From positions 6,635 to 70,634 of the forward strand of contig JABDJB010000094.1 of the NCBI GenBank assembly GCA_013003425.1: DNA of 64,000 bases. Reading direction: 5' to 3'. The DNA comes from Gammaproteobacteria bacterium (lineage in GTDB: Bacteria; Pseudomonadota; Gammaproteobacteria; Steroidobacterales; JABDKV01). The translations under genes and the position numbers were made by a program. The notes beneath the pieces were generated by a model. That model ran no database searches and had not been told where the DNA came from. It saw only the letters and a list, made by a program, of their open reading frames with translations. The stretch's first letter is position 1. Every line of letters starts with the position of its first letter. Below are positions 9,977-20,932 of the stretch, in pieces.

Positions 9977-10542
9977 GAGTCGTCTTCCTCCTCCACTTTG
10001 CGCGGGTTGGTCTGCTCGGCAAAAATTGTGAACTCACTGCTGCGGGACGGCCCGGTGTCTTTCGTTTCAACAACGTCGAGTCCGGGATCAGTCAGCCATG
10101 CCGAGCGGTCGATGTTGCGCATGTACGCCGATACGCGCGTGCTCGACTGCGCTTTACCGCGCAGCGTAATGCGTTTACCGGCTTGCTTTACCAGGTCGAG
10201 ATGCACGCCGTCGGGAAGAGTGCGGGCAAGCTCGTCAAACAGGTGCACAACCTCGGGCCGGCTGCGCTGCAGCTGCTCGATAATCTGCATGCGTGCCAGC
10301 AGCCGCTCCTTCTTGCTTTCCAGATCCCGGATTTCGCCAATCTGCTCGTCGAGCCTTTTGATCTCGGCTTTGAGCATGTCGTTCCGGTTTACCTGGTGCT
10401 CGATCTGGCCGTTGACCATGCTCTTGGCGCCAAAGACCGCAGCGGCACCGATCAGTACCGCACCGGCGGCAGCGACGGCAAAGTTGCGTTGGCGCTCTTT
10501 GCGTAACTCTTCGCGCCATGGAAGTAGATTAATACGAGGCAT
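9973..10542 (-). CDS. pilN: Type IV pilus assembly protein PilN
   Basis: True start MPRINLLPWREE at 10542 (INLLP motif), just after pilM stop. Confidence 0.94.
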   Translation of the reverse strand: MPRINLLPWREELRKERQRNFAVAAAGAVLIGAAAVFGAKSMVNGQIEHQVNRNDMLKAEIKRLDEQIGEIRDLESKKERLLARMQIIEQLQRSRPEVVHLFDELARTLPDGVHLDLVKQAGKRITLRGKAQSSTRVSAYMRNIDRSAWLTDPGLDVVETKDTGPSRSSEFTIFAEQTNPRKVEEEDDS

Positions 10543-10543
10543 T

Positions 10544-11608
10544 TCAGTCGAAACTCCGCAACGCCAGGCCACAGGCAGTGAGTAACGCAGTGGCGTCCTT
10601 GTGTACGCCGGCGGCCTTGGCTTTCGAGGCAACTTTCATTTTTCCGAGTGGATCACCGATCTCAGTCGGTATACCAACCCTGCTTGCAATGAGGTCGGCC
10701 ACGCCGGGAATGTTGGCGCAGCCACCGCATATGAGAATGTGTTCCGGTTGTTCGCGGCCGCCGCCTGAAGCCAGGTAAAACTGCAGTGAGCGGCTGACCT
10801 GCTGGGTCATATCGTCAATGAAAGCATCCAGCACTTCGGGTCCGTAGTTACTCGGTAACCCGCCTTCTTTTTTCGCCCGGCCGGCCTCCTGCAGGCTGAG
10901 GCCGTAGGTTCGCATGATCTCTTCGGTGAGCTGTTGGCCGCCGAAAGCAAAGTCACGTGTGTAGATGACCTTAAGATTACGCAGCACACTAAACGACGTG
11001 CTGGTGGCGCCAAAATCGATAACCGCGATTGAATGGTCGGCACCTTCGTCCGGCATCTGGTGTTTCATCAGGTAGCAGGCGTTTTCCACCGCAAAAGCTT
11101 CAACGTCGACGATGCGGGCGTTAAGACCGGCGGCCTCCACGGCAGCCTGTCGTTGCTCGACGTTTTCAGTACGTGTGGCAACCAGCAGCACGTCCATCAT
11201 CTCCGGGTCTTTCTCCGAAGCGCCGATGATCTCAAAGTCGTAGCTGACTTCTTCCATCGGGAATGGAATGTACTGGTCCGCCTGCAGTTCGACCTGTCCT
11301 TCCAGATCCGTGCCCTGAAACGAGCCTGGCATCTGGATGACTTTGGTAATAGCTGCATCGCCGCTTATAGCGACAGCGGCATCACGTGTCTTTGCACCCG
11401 AACGCTTGACAGCAATACGTACCGCCTCACCCACAGCATCAGCGTCGACGATAGCTTTCTCGTTGACCGAATTGAGCGGTGTCGGTTGTGCCGCATAGGA
11501 TTCCACACGGTAACGCGACCCGCTTTTGCTCAATTCGATGAGCTTTACGGATGAGGTTGTTATGTCAAGCCCGAGTACAGGCCGATTCTTACTCGAGAAG
11601 ATAGGCAT
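10544..11608 (-). CDS. pilM: Type IV pilus assembly protein PilM
   Basis: LGLDITTSSVKLIELS actin-like fold, IVDVEAFA, ACGLALRSF. Confidence 0.96.
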   Translation of the reverse strand: MPIFSSKNRPVLGLDITTSSVKLIELSKSGSRYRVESYAAQPTPLNSVNEKAIVDADAVGEAVRIAVKRSGAKTRDAAVAISGDAAITKVIQMPGSFQGTDLEGQVELQADQYIPFPMEEVSYDFEIIGASEKDPEMMDVLLVATRTENVEQRQAAVEAAGLNARIVDVEAFAVENACYLMKHQMPDEGADHSIAVIDFGATSTSFSVLRNLKVIYTRDFAFGGQQLTEEIMRTYGLSLQEAGRAKKEGGLPSNYGPEVLDAFIDDMTQQVSRSLQFYLASGGGREQPEHILICGGCANIPGVADLIASRVGIPTEIGDPLGKMKVASKAKAAGVHKDATALLTACGLALRSFD

Positions 11609-11916
11609 TTTTTCCTTGCGCCGCCGGTAATTGCGAAAGAAAGATAGGCTATAATCTTAAGACTATCAGTCAACTATATAACAATAACAATAAGGGTGGG
11701 TTACGAAGTGTGATGTACCGCTCATTAATGAGCATCTCGCCCCGTTTGACCAGTGCCGCTCCGGCCCCTGGGTCCCAGGTCCGAAGTTTTACATAATTGG
11801 CCCCACCGTGGCCTTATTCTAGTCAGTTTTCATTGCCGATTGGCGTGATATCGTTCACACCCCGGAGCGACAGTTATGATTCCCTGCAACCCGGATCCGG
11901 CCCGGGCACTCTAGTA

Positions 11917-14379
11917 ATGAAGATCCTCCTTAAACTGACCATTCTGGCCGTAGCGCTGGGTTCCGTGGGTATTGCAGCCGGCGTGGCCGGCGTCGTGGGC
12001 GCGTACCTGTATGTGGCGCCCGACCTGCCGCCGGTTGACAGCCTGCGAGAGGTCCAGCTGCAGGTACCGCTGCGGGTCTACACCCGCGATGGGCGGCTGA
12101 TCGCCGAATTCGGAGAAAAACGCCGTACGCCAGTCAGTTACGACGAAGTGCCCGTAATGATGGTGCAGGCGGTGACGGCCGCCGAGGATGACCGTTTCTT
12201 CGATCACCCGGGCATCGACTACCAGGGCCTGGTACGCGCCGCCGTCGGCCTGCTGTTGACCGGCGAAAAACGCCAGGGCGGCAGCACGATCACGATGCAG
12301 GTGGCGCGCAACTTCTTTCTTACCCGCGAGAAGACTTACCTGCGCAAGATCAAGGAGATTTTCCTGTCCCTGCGAATCGAGCGCGAGTTGAGCAAGCAGG
12401 AGATCCTCGAGCTGTATCTCAACAAGATCCTGCTGGGGCATCGGGCCTGGGGAGTGGGCGCCGCGGCCGAGGTCTACTATGGCAAGACCCTGAGGGAGCT
12501 CACCCTGGCCGAGACGGCGACCATTGCCGGTCTGCCGAAAGCCCCGTCGTCGGACAACCCGATTACCAGTCCGGAGCGGGCCCGAACCCGTCGCTCATAT
12601 GTCCTCAGGCGAATGCTCGAGCTTGGCCACATTACGCCAAATGAATTCGCAACCGCCGAAAACGCTCCGATCGCCGCGGTGCTGCACGGTCCAACGGTAG
12701 CGCTGGATGCCCCCTATCTGGCCGAGATGGTGCGGGCCGATATGGTGGAGCGTTTTGGTGCCGACGACGCCTATAACTCCGGCTACAAGGTAACAACCAG
12801 TATCGACAGCCGGTTGCAGCAGACCGCAGTGGCTGCGTTGCGCAATGCACTGCTCGAATACGACTGGCGGCACGATTATCGCGGCGTAATCGCCGAGGTG
12901 GCGTTGCCTGATGGCGATGACCCCGTCGCGTGGACCGACCTGCTGCGCGATTATCCGGCAGCGGGCGGGCTGCAGCCAGCCGTCGTGCTGGCAGCCGACA
13001 ATGAAGCAGCAAGCGCATTCGTCGCGTCGGTCGGTAAAGTGGGGCTGGCGCCGCGGGCGCTGACCTGGGGTTACAAGGACGAAGAGAAGCTCAAGGAAGG
13101 CGAAGAACCGATACCGTTGGCAGTGCCGGCCGAGGTGGTCAGCCGTGGCAACGTCATCTACCTGCGGGCAGTCGATTCAGGCTGGCAGCTGGCGCAGATA
13201 CCCGATGTGCAGGGTGCATTTGTCTCGGTGTCGCCGCAGGACGGCGCAATCGTCGCACTAACCGGCGGTTTCGATTACTACAGCAGCAAGTTCAATCGTG
13301 CAGTCCAGGCGCAGCGCCAGCCGGGCTCGGCTTTCAAGCCTTTTATCTATTCCGCGGCGCTGGAGAATGGTTTCTCAACGGCTACGGTGGTTAACGACGC
13401 GCCGGTGGTCTTCGAGGATGCCGCGCTGGAAGATACCTGGCGCCCGGAAAATTACAGCCAGCGTTTTTACGGACCGACGCGGCTGCGCGAGGCTCTGGTG
13501 CGGTCACGCAATCTCGTATCGATACGCATACTGCGCGAAATCGGTATCCCCAGTGCGGTCGATTTTCTTACCGGGATGGGTTTTGAGCCCGAGCGCCTGC
13601 CGCGTGATTTGTCGCTCGCGTTGGGAAGCATCACGCTGTCACCACTGGAGCTGGCCACCGAATACAGTACTTTCGCCAACAGCGGCCACCGTGTTGCGCC
13701 CTATTACATCGATCGCATCGAAGCGGCAGACGGCACGGAGTTGTTCCGCGCCGATCCGCAGGTGGTTTGCGCCGAATGCGAAGTGATCGAGGATTTTTCC
13801 GCGCTGCCCGACGGCGCGGCGGATGAGTGCCGGGTGCCCGAGCCTTATGTGCTTGCGGGGCAGCTTGCCCCTCGGGTGCTTGACGAAGACACGGCCTGGC
13901 TGATCGTCGATATGATGCGTGACGTGGTGCGGCGCGGGACCGCATCGAGGGCGCGCGAACTTGGCCGCAGCGACATCGCAGGCAAGACTGGCACCACCAA
14001 TGATTTTCGCGATGCCTGGTTCAGTGGCTTCAACGACCGGCTGGTGGCAACCGTCTGGGTTGGCTTTGACCAGGAGCGGCCACTCGGCGCGGCAGAGGCC
14101 GGCGCCACCGCTGCCCTGCCGGCCTGGATCGACTACATGAAGGTAGCGCTGGACGGCGTGGAGGAGCGCGACCACATCGCGCCGCCCGGCCTGATCCGGG
14201 TGAAAATATCGCCTGAATCAGGTCTGCTGGCACGCGCTGACGACGGCAGCGCGATCTTTGAGTTGTTCAGGCTCGACGAGATTCCGGAGCAGGAGTTCGA
14301 GGAACCGGTGGACCTGTTCAACCTCGAAGTGGAGGCCGATACGGAAGAAGAAGACGCAACCACCCAGCCACTGTTCTGA
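11917..14379 (+). CDS. mrcA: Penicillin-binding protein 1A
   Basis: TM anchor from ATG 11917, glycosyltransferase motifs AEDDRFFDH/GGSTITMQVARN/KQEILELYLN, transpeptidase QPGSAFKP, SRN, GKTGTT; divergent from pilM as is conserved. Confidence 0.96.
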   Translation: MKILLKLTILAVALGSVGIAAGVAGVVGAYLYVAPDLPPVDSLREVQLQVPLRVYTRDGRLIAEFGEKRRTPVSYDEVPVMMVQAVTAAEDDRFFDHPGIDYQGLVRAAVGLLLTGEKRQGGSTITMQVARNFFLTREKTYLRKIKEIFLSLRIERELSKQEILELYLNKILLGHRAWGVGAAAEVYYGKTLRELTLAETATIAGLPKAPSSDNPITSPERARTRRSYVLRRMLELGHITPNEFATAENAPIAAVLHGPTVALDAPYLAEMVRADMVERFGADDAYNSGYKVTTSIDSRLQQTAVAALRNALLEYDWRHDYRGVIAEVALPDGDDPVAWTDLLRDYPAAGGLQPAVVLAADNEAASAFVASVGKVGLAPRALTWGYKDEEKLKEGEEPIPLAVPAEVVSRGNVIYLRAVDSGWQLAQIPDVQGAFVSVSPQDGAIVALTGGFDYYSSKFNRAVQAQRQPGSAFKPFIYSAALENGFSTATVVNDAPVVFEDAALEDTWRPENYSQRFYGPTRLREALVRSRNLVSIRILREIGIPSAVDFLTGMGFEPERLPRDLSLALGSITLSPLELATEYSTFANSGHRVAPYYIDRIEAADGTELFRADPQVVCAECEVIEDFSALPDGAADECRVPEPYVLAGQLAPRVLDEDTAWLIVDMMRDVVRRGTASRARELGRSDIAGKTGTTNDFRDAWFSGFNDRLVATVWVGFDQERPLGAAEAGATAALPAWIDYMKVALDGVEERDHIAPPGLIRVKISPESGLLARADDGSAIFELFRLDEIPEQEFEEPVDLFNLEVEADTEEEDATTQPLF

Positions 14380-14390
14380 AAAGGGTCAGC

Positions 14391-14990
14391 ATGCCGCGAC
14401 GTACACCGGGTCGGTCGGACAACCTGCGCAGGCTGGTCGCCCTCGAGGCTGCGCGTCTGATGTCTGAACAGGGCATCGATGATTTCTACCTTGCCAAGCG
14501 CAAGGCTGCCGATCGCCTGGGGGTGAGTGACAAGGGCAGCCTGCCACGCAACTCCGAAATAGAAGCAGCAATGGTAGAGAACCAGCGGCTGTTCGATGCG
14601 GAAAAGCACGCCGGCCGCCTGCGCGACTACCGCAGTGCTGCCCGCGATGCCCTGCATTTTTTTGCTGACTTCAATCCGCACGCGGCCGGTGCAGTTCTCA
14701 GTGGCGCCGTAGCGCCGGGTGCGGATCTGGAGATACATCTTTTCGCCGATACCGTCGAGGCAGTGATCCTGCGGCTGGTCGAGAACAACATTCCCTATCG
14801 GCTGGTTGAGCGGCGAGTGCGTACCGCCGGCAACGGGCATGTGCGCTACCCGGCATGCCGCTTTGTTGCCAGCGACATCCCGGTGTTGGCCATGGTATTT
14901 CCCACCGACGGCGTACGCGAGGCGCCGCTGAGTCCGGTTGACGGTCGGCCGATGCGTCGCGCCCGCCTGGCCGATCTAGCTAGCGAATGA
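14391..14990 (+). CDS. Conserved hypothetical protein, nucleotidyltransferase-like domain
   Basis: EAARLM..G..DFYLAKRKAA helical N-terminus, then GAVLSG...ADLEIHLFAD (degenerate G-S...DxD). Confidence 0.65.
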   Translation: MPRRTPGRSDNLRRLVALEAARLMSEQGIDDFYLAKRKAADRLGVSDKGSLPRNSEIEAAMVENQRLFDAEKHAGRLRDYRSAARDALHFFADFNPHAAGAVLSGAVAPGADLEIHLFADTVEAVILRLVENNIPYRLVERRVRTAGNGHVRYPACRFVASDIPVLAMVFPTDGVREAPLSPVDGRPMRRARLADLASE

Positions 14991-16443
14991 TCTTTATCCG
15001 GGCACCGGGCTCCGGTTCGCCGTCGGGATAGACACCGTTGAGTAACCGCAGCAGCGCCAGTGGCTGGCTGCCCGCCGCGGCGTTGCTGTAATCGGCCAGG
15101 CTGCTGCCCGCCGGCAGCTGGATAACCTGTATCGCCAGCGGCTGGGCCTGCTCAAGCTCGGCGCCGCTGAGCGGGCGCATGCTTTCGATGATGGCGTCAA
15201 ATGATCGGTCGTAGCGCCGTTGCCGGTCCGAGTCACGGGTGACGCCATGAAAGGTGTAAGCATTGTCGCCGTGGAAAATCACCGCCGCGCGCCCGGTACG
15301 CAACCCGAACGGTGAGCGCATCTCCCTGGCGGTCGCGATGAATGCCGGCAGGCCGTTGATCTCAAGCTGGCGCGCACTTTGCCACTTCGACATTCCGGTA
15401 ACTTTTTGCAGAAACTTTTCCACCGGGATCTTGCGACGCTTTCGGTGCGTGCGGTCAGTGAGCTGGATTTGCATCATTGCGTCATCGTTTGCCGCCCAGG
15501 CTACCAGCCGGTCGGGCAGGTTATCGATGCGCCAGCCGTCTGGCACCGAAATGGCAAAATTCAGATCAACGTGCAGGAAGTCACTGCCGCGCACGACACC
15601 CTGCGATTTGCTGCCAGACCACGCCAGACCATCGATACGCTGCAGGAACTCGGCCTGACCGTCGCTGCGCAGATCTCCGCTGTCAGCCGCCTCGCCGGCC
15701 AGTTCACGCAGCCGCCGGTCGGCGTCGGGGTGCGAAGCAAGCATCGCGTGGTACGGATTACCGCGAGCTTCATTATTATCATCGTCGGCAGCATCGTACT
15801 GTCTGCGGGCCTTCAGTATTTCCAGAACTTCCAGCATCGCGGCGGGGTTGTAGCCTGCGTCGCGCGCCATCCTGGCGCCCTGCTCGTCAGCCTCCAGTTC
15901 CATCTCGCGGCCGTAACCGCGCACCAGGCCGGCCCCGAACAGCTGGCTGAGATTGAAGCCGCTTTCCGGCCGGCTGATCGATTGACTGACTTTACCCACG
16001 ACACGCGCAGCGGTGTGCTGGCGTGCCGCGTGACGCCCTGTCACGTGGCCTATTTCATGACCCAGTACGGCGGCCAGCTGTGCCTCTGAACCGAGGTGCG
16101 CCAGCAGCGCCCGGGTGATGTAGATGTAGCCACCGGGCAGGGCAAAGGCATTGACGCTCTCGTCGTCCAGTATGGTGAAATGCCATGTATAGGCATCACC
16201 GCCGGCGTGCGCGGCAACCTCGCTACCGATGCGCTGCACATACTCTGCCAGGCCATTAACGTCGTACTGGCCGTACGTGGCGATAATCTGTTTATGATAC
16301 TTGCGACCGAGAGCCGCATCGCCATATTCCTCGCCCGCTGACGCTGCTTCTGCCTTGTCGCGTGATTCAGCCCAGCCTGGCGCAGCGACGCAGAGGGTCA
16401 ATGCGATCAGGCAGGAAAAAATGCGGTGAGAGGAATTTGTCAT
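14980..16443 (-). CDS. M48 family metalloprotease with signal peptide and probable LysM-like C-terminal tail
   Basis: VNAFALPGGYIY, LGHEIGHV (HExxH), YGREMELEAD, LASHP; C-terminal LRLLNG.YPDGEPEPG. Confidence 0.85.
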   Translation of the reverse strand: MTNSSHRIFSCLIALTLCVAAPGWAESRDKAEAASAGEEYGDAALGRKYHKQIIATYGQYDVNGLAEYVQRIGSEVAAHAGGDAYTWHFTILDDESVNAFALPGGYIYITRALLAHLGSEAQLAAVLGHEIGHVTGRHAARQHTAARVVGKVSQSISRPESGFNLSQLFGAGLVRGYGREMELEADEQGARMARDAGYNPAAMLEVLEILKARRQYDAADDDNNEARGNPYHAMLASHPDADRRLRELAGEAADSGDLRSDGQAEFLQRIDGLAWSGSKSQGVVRGSDFLHVDLNFAISVPDGWRIDNLPDRLVAWAANDDAMMQIQLTDRTHRKRRKIPVEKFLQKVTGMSKWQSARQLEINGLPAFIATAREMRSPFGLRTGRAAVIFHGDNAYTFHGVTRDSDRQRRYDRSFDAIIESMRPLSGAELEQAQPLAIQVIQLPAGSSLADYSNAAAGSQPLALLRLLNGVYPDGEPEPGARIKIIR

Positions 16444-16652
16444 GTGGGTAGTTTTTCTGGCAACTTTCGCGGCAGATTATCGCATGAAGGTTAAGCGACA
16501 TCGCATCGCTTGAATAACATCACGGCAGGAATAAACTGACCGCACCACATGACGATTTTTTACGACAAAGTTTTCCATAACCTGTACCCGGGTGACCACA
16601 CGGTCCGGGCGGCGCGCTGCAATCTGCCGCGGCAATCCTGCTGAGCCGCCTG

Positions 16653-17804
16653 TTGTCCTTCCTGCGTGTTGTTTTAGTCAATCTGCTCGTACTCGAGTTC
16701 CTTGCCGTTGCAGGTGTTTACGCGCTGGGCATAGTCAAGCCGCAGCGCCGGCTGGACCTGTTTCTCGACCAGCAACTGGAAAATGTCGACCAGCAACGGC
16801 TCGAGGATTACCTGGCGGGAAGTTTTCACCAGCAGCTCGGCTGGAGTATCCGTCCGGGCACCAGCAGTACGGGTGTCAACAAGGCGGGTAACGAATGGCA
16901 GGCGAACTACGATGCCCGCGGCGCAAGAGTCTCGTGCACTGATTCTGCCGACATGTTGATCGCAAGCTACGGGGACTCTTATACCCATGGCGACGAGGTG
17001 GCGAACGATGCCACCTGGCAGTGCGTAATGGAGCAACAGCTGGGACAGCGGGTAATCAACTATGGCGTGCCCGGCTACGGCGTGGGTCAGGCCCTGTTAC
17101 GCATGCAGCAGCACTGGGATGAGGGGCGGATAGCCCCGGTTACGCTTCTGGTCATCTACACCGATGACATGCGCCGCGTGCTGAATAATTACCGGCCCTT
17201 CGTCAATCCCAACACGGCGGGCAAGCTGGCTTTCAAACCCGGTTATCGCGCCATTAATGGCCAGGTGGTTTTTCGCCCTAATCCGCTGACGCCCGCTACA
17301 GGCACCCCGGACCTGGTGCGGCAGCTGGCACTACGCATTGCCCCGGATGAATTCTGGACGCGGCAATACGTGCGCGTGTTGCCGCGCTTTCCGTATTCCC
17401 TGAGCCTGGCGCGCGCCGGGCAGCAGATGTTTGCCAGCGAGGGCGGGCTGGTCGGTTATGCACTGAATGTCTGGGACACTCGCGAGGCACGCGATGTTGC
17501 CATGCACCTGTTGGAAAAATTTGCCGCAGATGCGGCGGTGCACGGAACCGAAGCGGCAGTCATGTTCATCCCGCACGTGAACAGTTGGTCTCGTGGCCGG
17601 CAACCGGCCGACTATGCGGACTTCGTGGACAAGGTGCTGCGTCCGGCGGGGCTTGATCTGACCATCGTGGATTTCGCTGATGCCCGGTTCGATGAAGCAA
17701 AATTCAGCATCGTTCCTTTCAAGGGGCATCCGTCGCCGCAGGGCAACCAGCAGCTGGCGCAATTCATCCTGGCAGGACTGGCGCTGCCGCGCGGCAATCA
17801 GTGA
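16653..17804 (+). CDS. Membrane-anchored SGNH/GDSL-hydrolase-like protein
   Basis: N-terminal TM, YGDSYTHG (block I), NYGVPGYG (block II), GHPSPQGN (block V-like). Confidence 0.65.
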   Translation: MSFLRVVLVNLLVLEFLAVAGVYALGIVKPQRRLDLFLDQQLENVDQQRLEDYLAGSFHQQLGWSIRPGTSSTGVNKAGNEWQANYDARGARVSCTDSADMLIASYGDSYTHGDEVANDATWQCVMEQQLGQRVINYGVPGYGVGQALLRMQQHWDEGRIAPVTLLVIYTDDMRRVLNNYRPFVNPNTAGKLAFKPGYRAINGQVVFRPNPLTPATGTPDLVRQLALRIAPDEFWTRQYVRVLPRFPYSLSLARAGQQMFASEGGLVGYALNVWDTREARDVAMHLLEKFAADAAVHGTEAAVMFIPHVNSWSRGRQPADYADFVDKVLRPAGLDLTIVDFADARFDEAKFSIVPFKGHPSPQGNQQLAQFILAGLALPRGNQ

Positions 17805-17831
17805 GTCGTCAGGAATGCAGCAAGGCGCCGG

Positions 17832-18044
17832 TCAGGCGCTGGATGACATGCCGTACTTGCGACGGAACTTGTCGACGCGTCCGCCCGAATCCACGATCTT
17901 TTGTTTGCCGGTAAAGAACGGGTGGCATTTCGAGCAAACTTCGACGTGCAGATCCTCGCAAAGCGTCGAGCGAGTCTTGAAACTGTTGCCGCAGGAGCAT
18001 TCCACGGTGATCTGTTCGTACTTGGGATGTATGTCGGCTTTCAT
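17832..18044 (-). CDS. rpmE: 50S ribosomal protein L31 (zinc-binding type A)
   Basis: [16 protein letters not shown]....[26 protein letters not shown]; true start ATG 18044. Confidence 0.97.
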   Translation of the reverse strand: MKADIHPKYEQITVECSCGNSFKTRSTLCEDLHVEVCSKCHPFFTGKQKIVDSGGRVDKFRRKYGMSSSA

Positions 18045-18081
18045 GGTTCGAAATGCGTCAGACTGTGTCGAAAGGGCGCGC

Positions 18082-18111
18082 AGGATAGCCCGGAATGTGC
18101 CCCTCAGGCAA
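18082..18111 (-). promoter_or_regulatory. Putative sigma70 promoter of rpmE
   Basis: TTGCCT (18111-18106), 18-bp spacer, TATCCT (18087-18082), upstream of the rpmE ATG. Confidence 0.45.
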
Positions 18112-18201
18112 CCGCCACCGGCAGGCCTCAATTTAATACTTGGCTTTAAGTCAGGACCGTTAATACGATGTATTTCTGCGGTTTTTCCCGGCAGGCCCAT
18201 C

Positions 18202-18417
18202 TGTGGATAACTCTGTGGACGGGGCGTTGGCGGCGCAGCCATTTGCGGCGCATTTTGCGAATTATTGTCACATGGGCGAAACCGGATGCGTTGCACTAAG
18301 CGCATTTAAATCAGGCGGTTAAGCTTCGTCTCGGGGTAAACGACGGGGCTTTTCTGCGTTATGACAGACGATTTTGCGGGCGTGTGCATAAATTGGCCGG
18401 GGCGGTGGTTGTCCACA
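18202..18417. promoter_or_regulatory. DnaA-box cluster
   Basis: TGTGGATAA (18202-18210, perfect), TGTGCATAA (18383-18391, fits TTWTNCACA), TTGTCCACA (18409-18417, one mismatch), degenerate TGTGGACGG (18214-18222). Confidence 0.55.
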
Positions 18418-18437
18418 CCCCCTGTTGGTGCACTGCA

Positions 18438-19607
18438 CTAGCCGGTTTTGAGGGCCGGGTCGCGCCCGGCCGGTGGCAGGAACAGCGCCTGGGCATCGTC
18501 GAGAAAGCGGCGGCCCAGGGCCGTTGGCCGGCACCATTCAGTGTCGACCTGCAGCAGCTGAGCCGGCTGGCCCTGCATGCGGGAGGCGATCCAGTCCCGG
18601 GGCAGCCCGGTGCGCTGCGCAAACAGATGCAGCGGAAACCCGTGACTGAGCCGCAGCGCGTTGAGCAGAAATTCGAATCCGCGCTCCGGCGCACTAACCC
18701 GGATTTCGGTCCACTCGCAGCGATCCGTGGCAAGGAGGTAGTGGGCGGGCGAACGCGGTTTGTTGCGGCGCAGGACATCTTTGCCGGTAGTCAGCTTGCC
18801 GTGAGCACCCGCGCCAATGCCGAGATAGTCACCGAACAGCCAGTAATTGAGGTTATGCCGGCAGCGCTGGCCGGGCCGTGCCAGCGCCGAGACTTCGTAG
18901 TGGCGATAGCCGCGCGCGGCAAACGCTGTGACGCACGAGCGCTGCATGTTCCAGAGGGCTTCGCTGTCGGGCAGCGCCGGCGGATTGCGATGAAATACGG
19001 TTCCCGGTTCCAGCGTCAGCTGGTAGTGCGAAACATGACCTGGGTCCAGCTTGCAGGCAATACGGACATCTGCCTCGGCCTGCTGCACGGTCTGGCCGGG
19101 GAGGCCATACATCAGGTCAATATTGATGCGGTCAAAACCGACCGCATGAGCAGTTTCGAGCGCAGCATGCGCGGCGGCGCCATCGTGGATGCGGCCGATG
19201 GCCTGCAGGCACTGGTCATCAAAGCTCTGCGCGCCAACTGAAAGGCGGTTGACGCCAGCCGCCCGATAGCCGGCAAAGCGCCCGGCGTCGAGCGTGCCGG
19301 GATTGGCTTCAAGCGTGACCTCGGCGCCCGGCTGCAGTCGTTCGGCCAGCCGTTCCAGCAGGCGGCCGATATGTTCCGGTGCGATCAGGCTTGGCGTGCC
19401 GCCACCGATGAATACCGAGACGATTTCACGACCGGCACTGCGTTCCAGCTCTTCATCAAGGTCACGCAGCAGCCCGTCGACATAGTCCTGTTCATGCAGT
19501 TCACCGCGCAAGGGGTGCGAATTGAAGTCGCAATACGGGCACTTGCGCACGCACCACGGGAAATGCACGTATAGCGACAGCGGCGGGGAGGTGAGTTCAG
19601 CCGGCAT
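18438..19607 (-). CDS. hemW: Radical SAM heme chaperone HemW (YggW)
   Basis: SLYVHFPWCVRKCPYCDFNS (CxxxCxxC), GGGTPS, EVTLEANP, YLGIGAGAHGK; start placed at ATG 19607. Confidence 0.93.
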   Translation of the reverse strand: MPAELTSPPLSLYVHFPWCVRKCPYCDFNSHPLRGELHEQDYVDGLLRDLDEELERSAGREIVSVFIGGGTPSLIAPEHIGRLLERLAERLQPGAEVTLEANPGTLDAGRFAGYRAAGVNRLSVGAQSFDDQCLQAIGRIHDGAAAHAALETAHAVGFDRINIDLMYGLPGQTVQQAEADVRIACKLDPGHVSHYQLTLEPGTVFHRNPPALPDSEALWNMQRSCVTAFAARGYRHYEVSALARPGQRCRHNLNYWLFGDYLGIGAGAHGKLTTGKDVLRRNKPRSPAHYLLATDRCEWTEIRVSAPERGFEFLLNALRLSHGFPLHLFAQRTGLPRDWIASRMQGQPAQLLQVDTEWCRPTALGRRFLDDAQALFLPPAGRDPALKTG

Positions 19608-20181
19608 GAAGCGCTTTTGCCAGCTGGTCAAGTGCCCGCGCGCGATGGCTGACACGGTTTTTTTCGGCCGCGCTCATCTGCGCAGCGGTATGGTCGGCCC
19701 CGACCGGAACAAACAGCGGGTCATAGCCAAAACCGCCATCACCGGTGGGTTGCTCGGTGATGCTGCCCTCCCAGGTGCCGGCGCAAATCAGCGGCGCCGG
19801 GTCGGCGGCGTGACGCAGGTAAACCGCCACGGTGCGATAACGCGCGCCGCGCCGGTTTACGCCATCGAGTTGCTGTAGCAGCTTTTCGTTGTTGCTCTGG
19901 TCACTGGCACCGGCACCGCTGAAGCGGGCGGAGTAGATGCCCGGTGCGCCGGCCAGCGCATCGACTTCCAGCCCGGAGTCTTCGCCGATTGCCGGCAGAC
20001 CGGTGTGGTGGGCAGCGTTGCGCGCCTTGAGGATGGCGTTCTCAACAAAAGTCAGTCCCGTCTCATCGGCCTCCGGCACATCGAGGTCAGCCTGGGCAAC
20101 CAGCTCGAAAGAGTCACCGAGTAATGCGGCGATCTCACGCAGTTTGCCGCGGTTGTTGCTGGCGACGACGATACGTTTCAT
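19597..20181 (-). CDS. rdgB: dITP/XTP pyrophosphatase (HAM1 family)
   Basis: VASNNRGKLRE, ETGLTFVENAILKA, DSGLEVDAL.GAPGIYSAR, GFGYDPLF, KNRVSHR. Confidence 0.96.
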   Translation of the reverse strand: MKRIVVASNNRGKLREIAALLGDSFELVAQADLDVPEADETGLTFVENAILKARNAAHHTGLPAIGEDSGLEVDALAGAPGIYSARFSGAGASDQSNNEKLLQQLDGVNRRGARYRTVAVYLRHAADPAPLICAGTWEGSITEQPTGDGGFGYDPLFVPVGADHTAAQMSAAEKNRVSHRARALDQLAKALHAG

Positions 20182-20183
20182 CG

Positions 20184-20915
<732 letters not shown>

Positions 20916-20932
20916 GGGGGGTCCGGTGTTGC

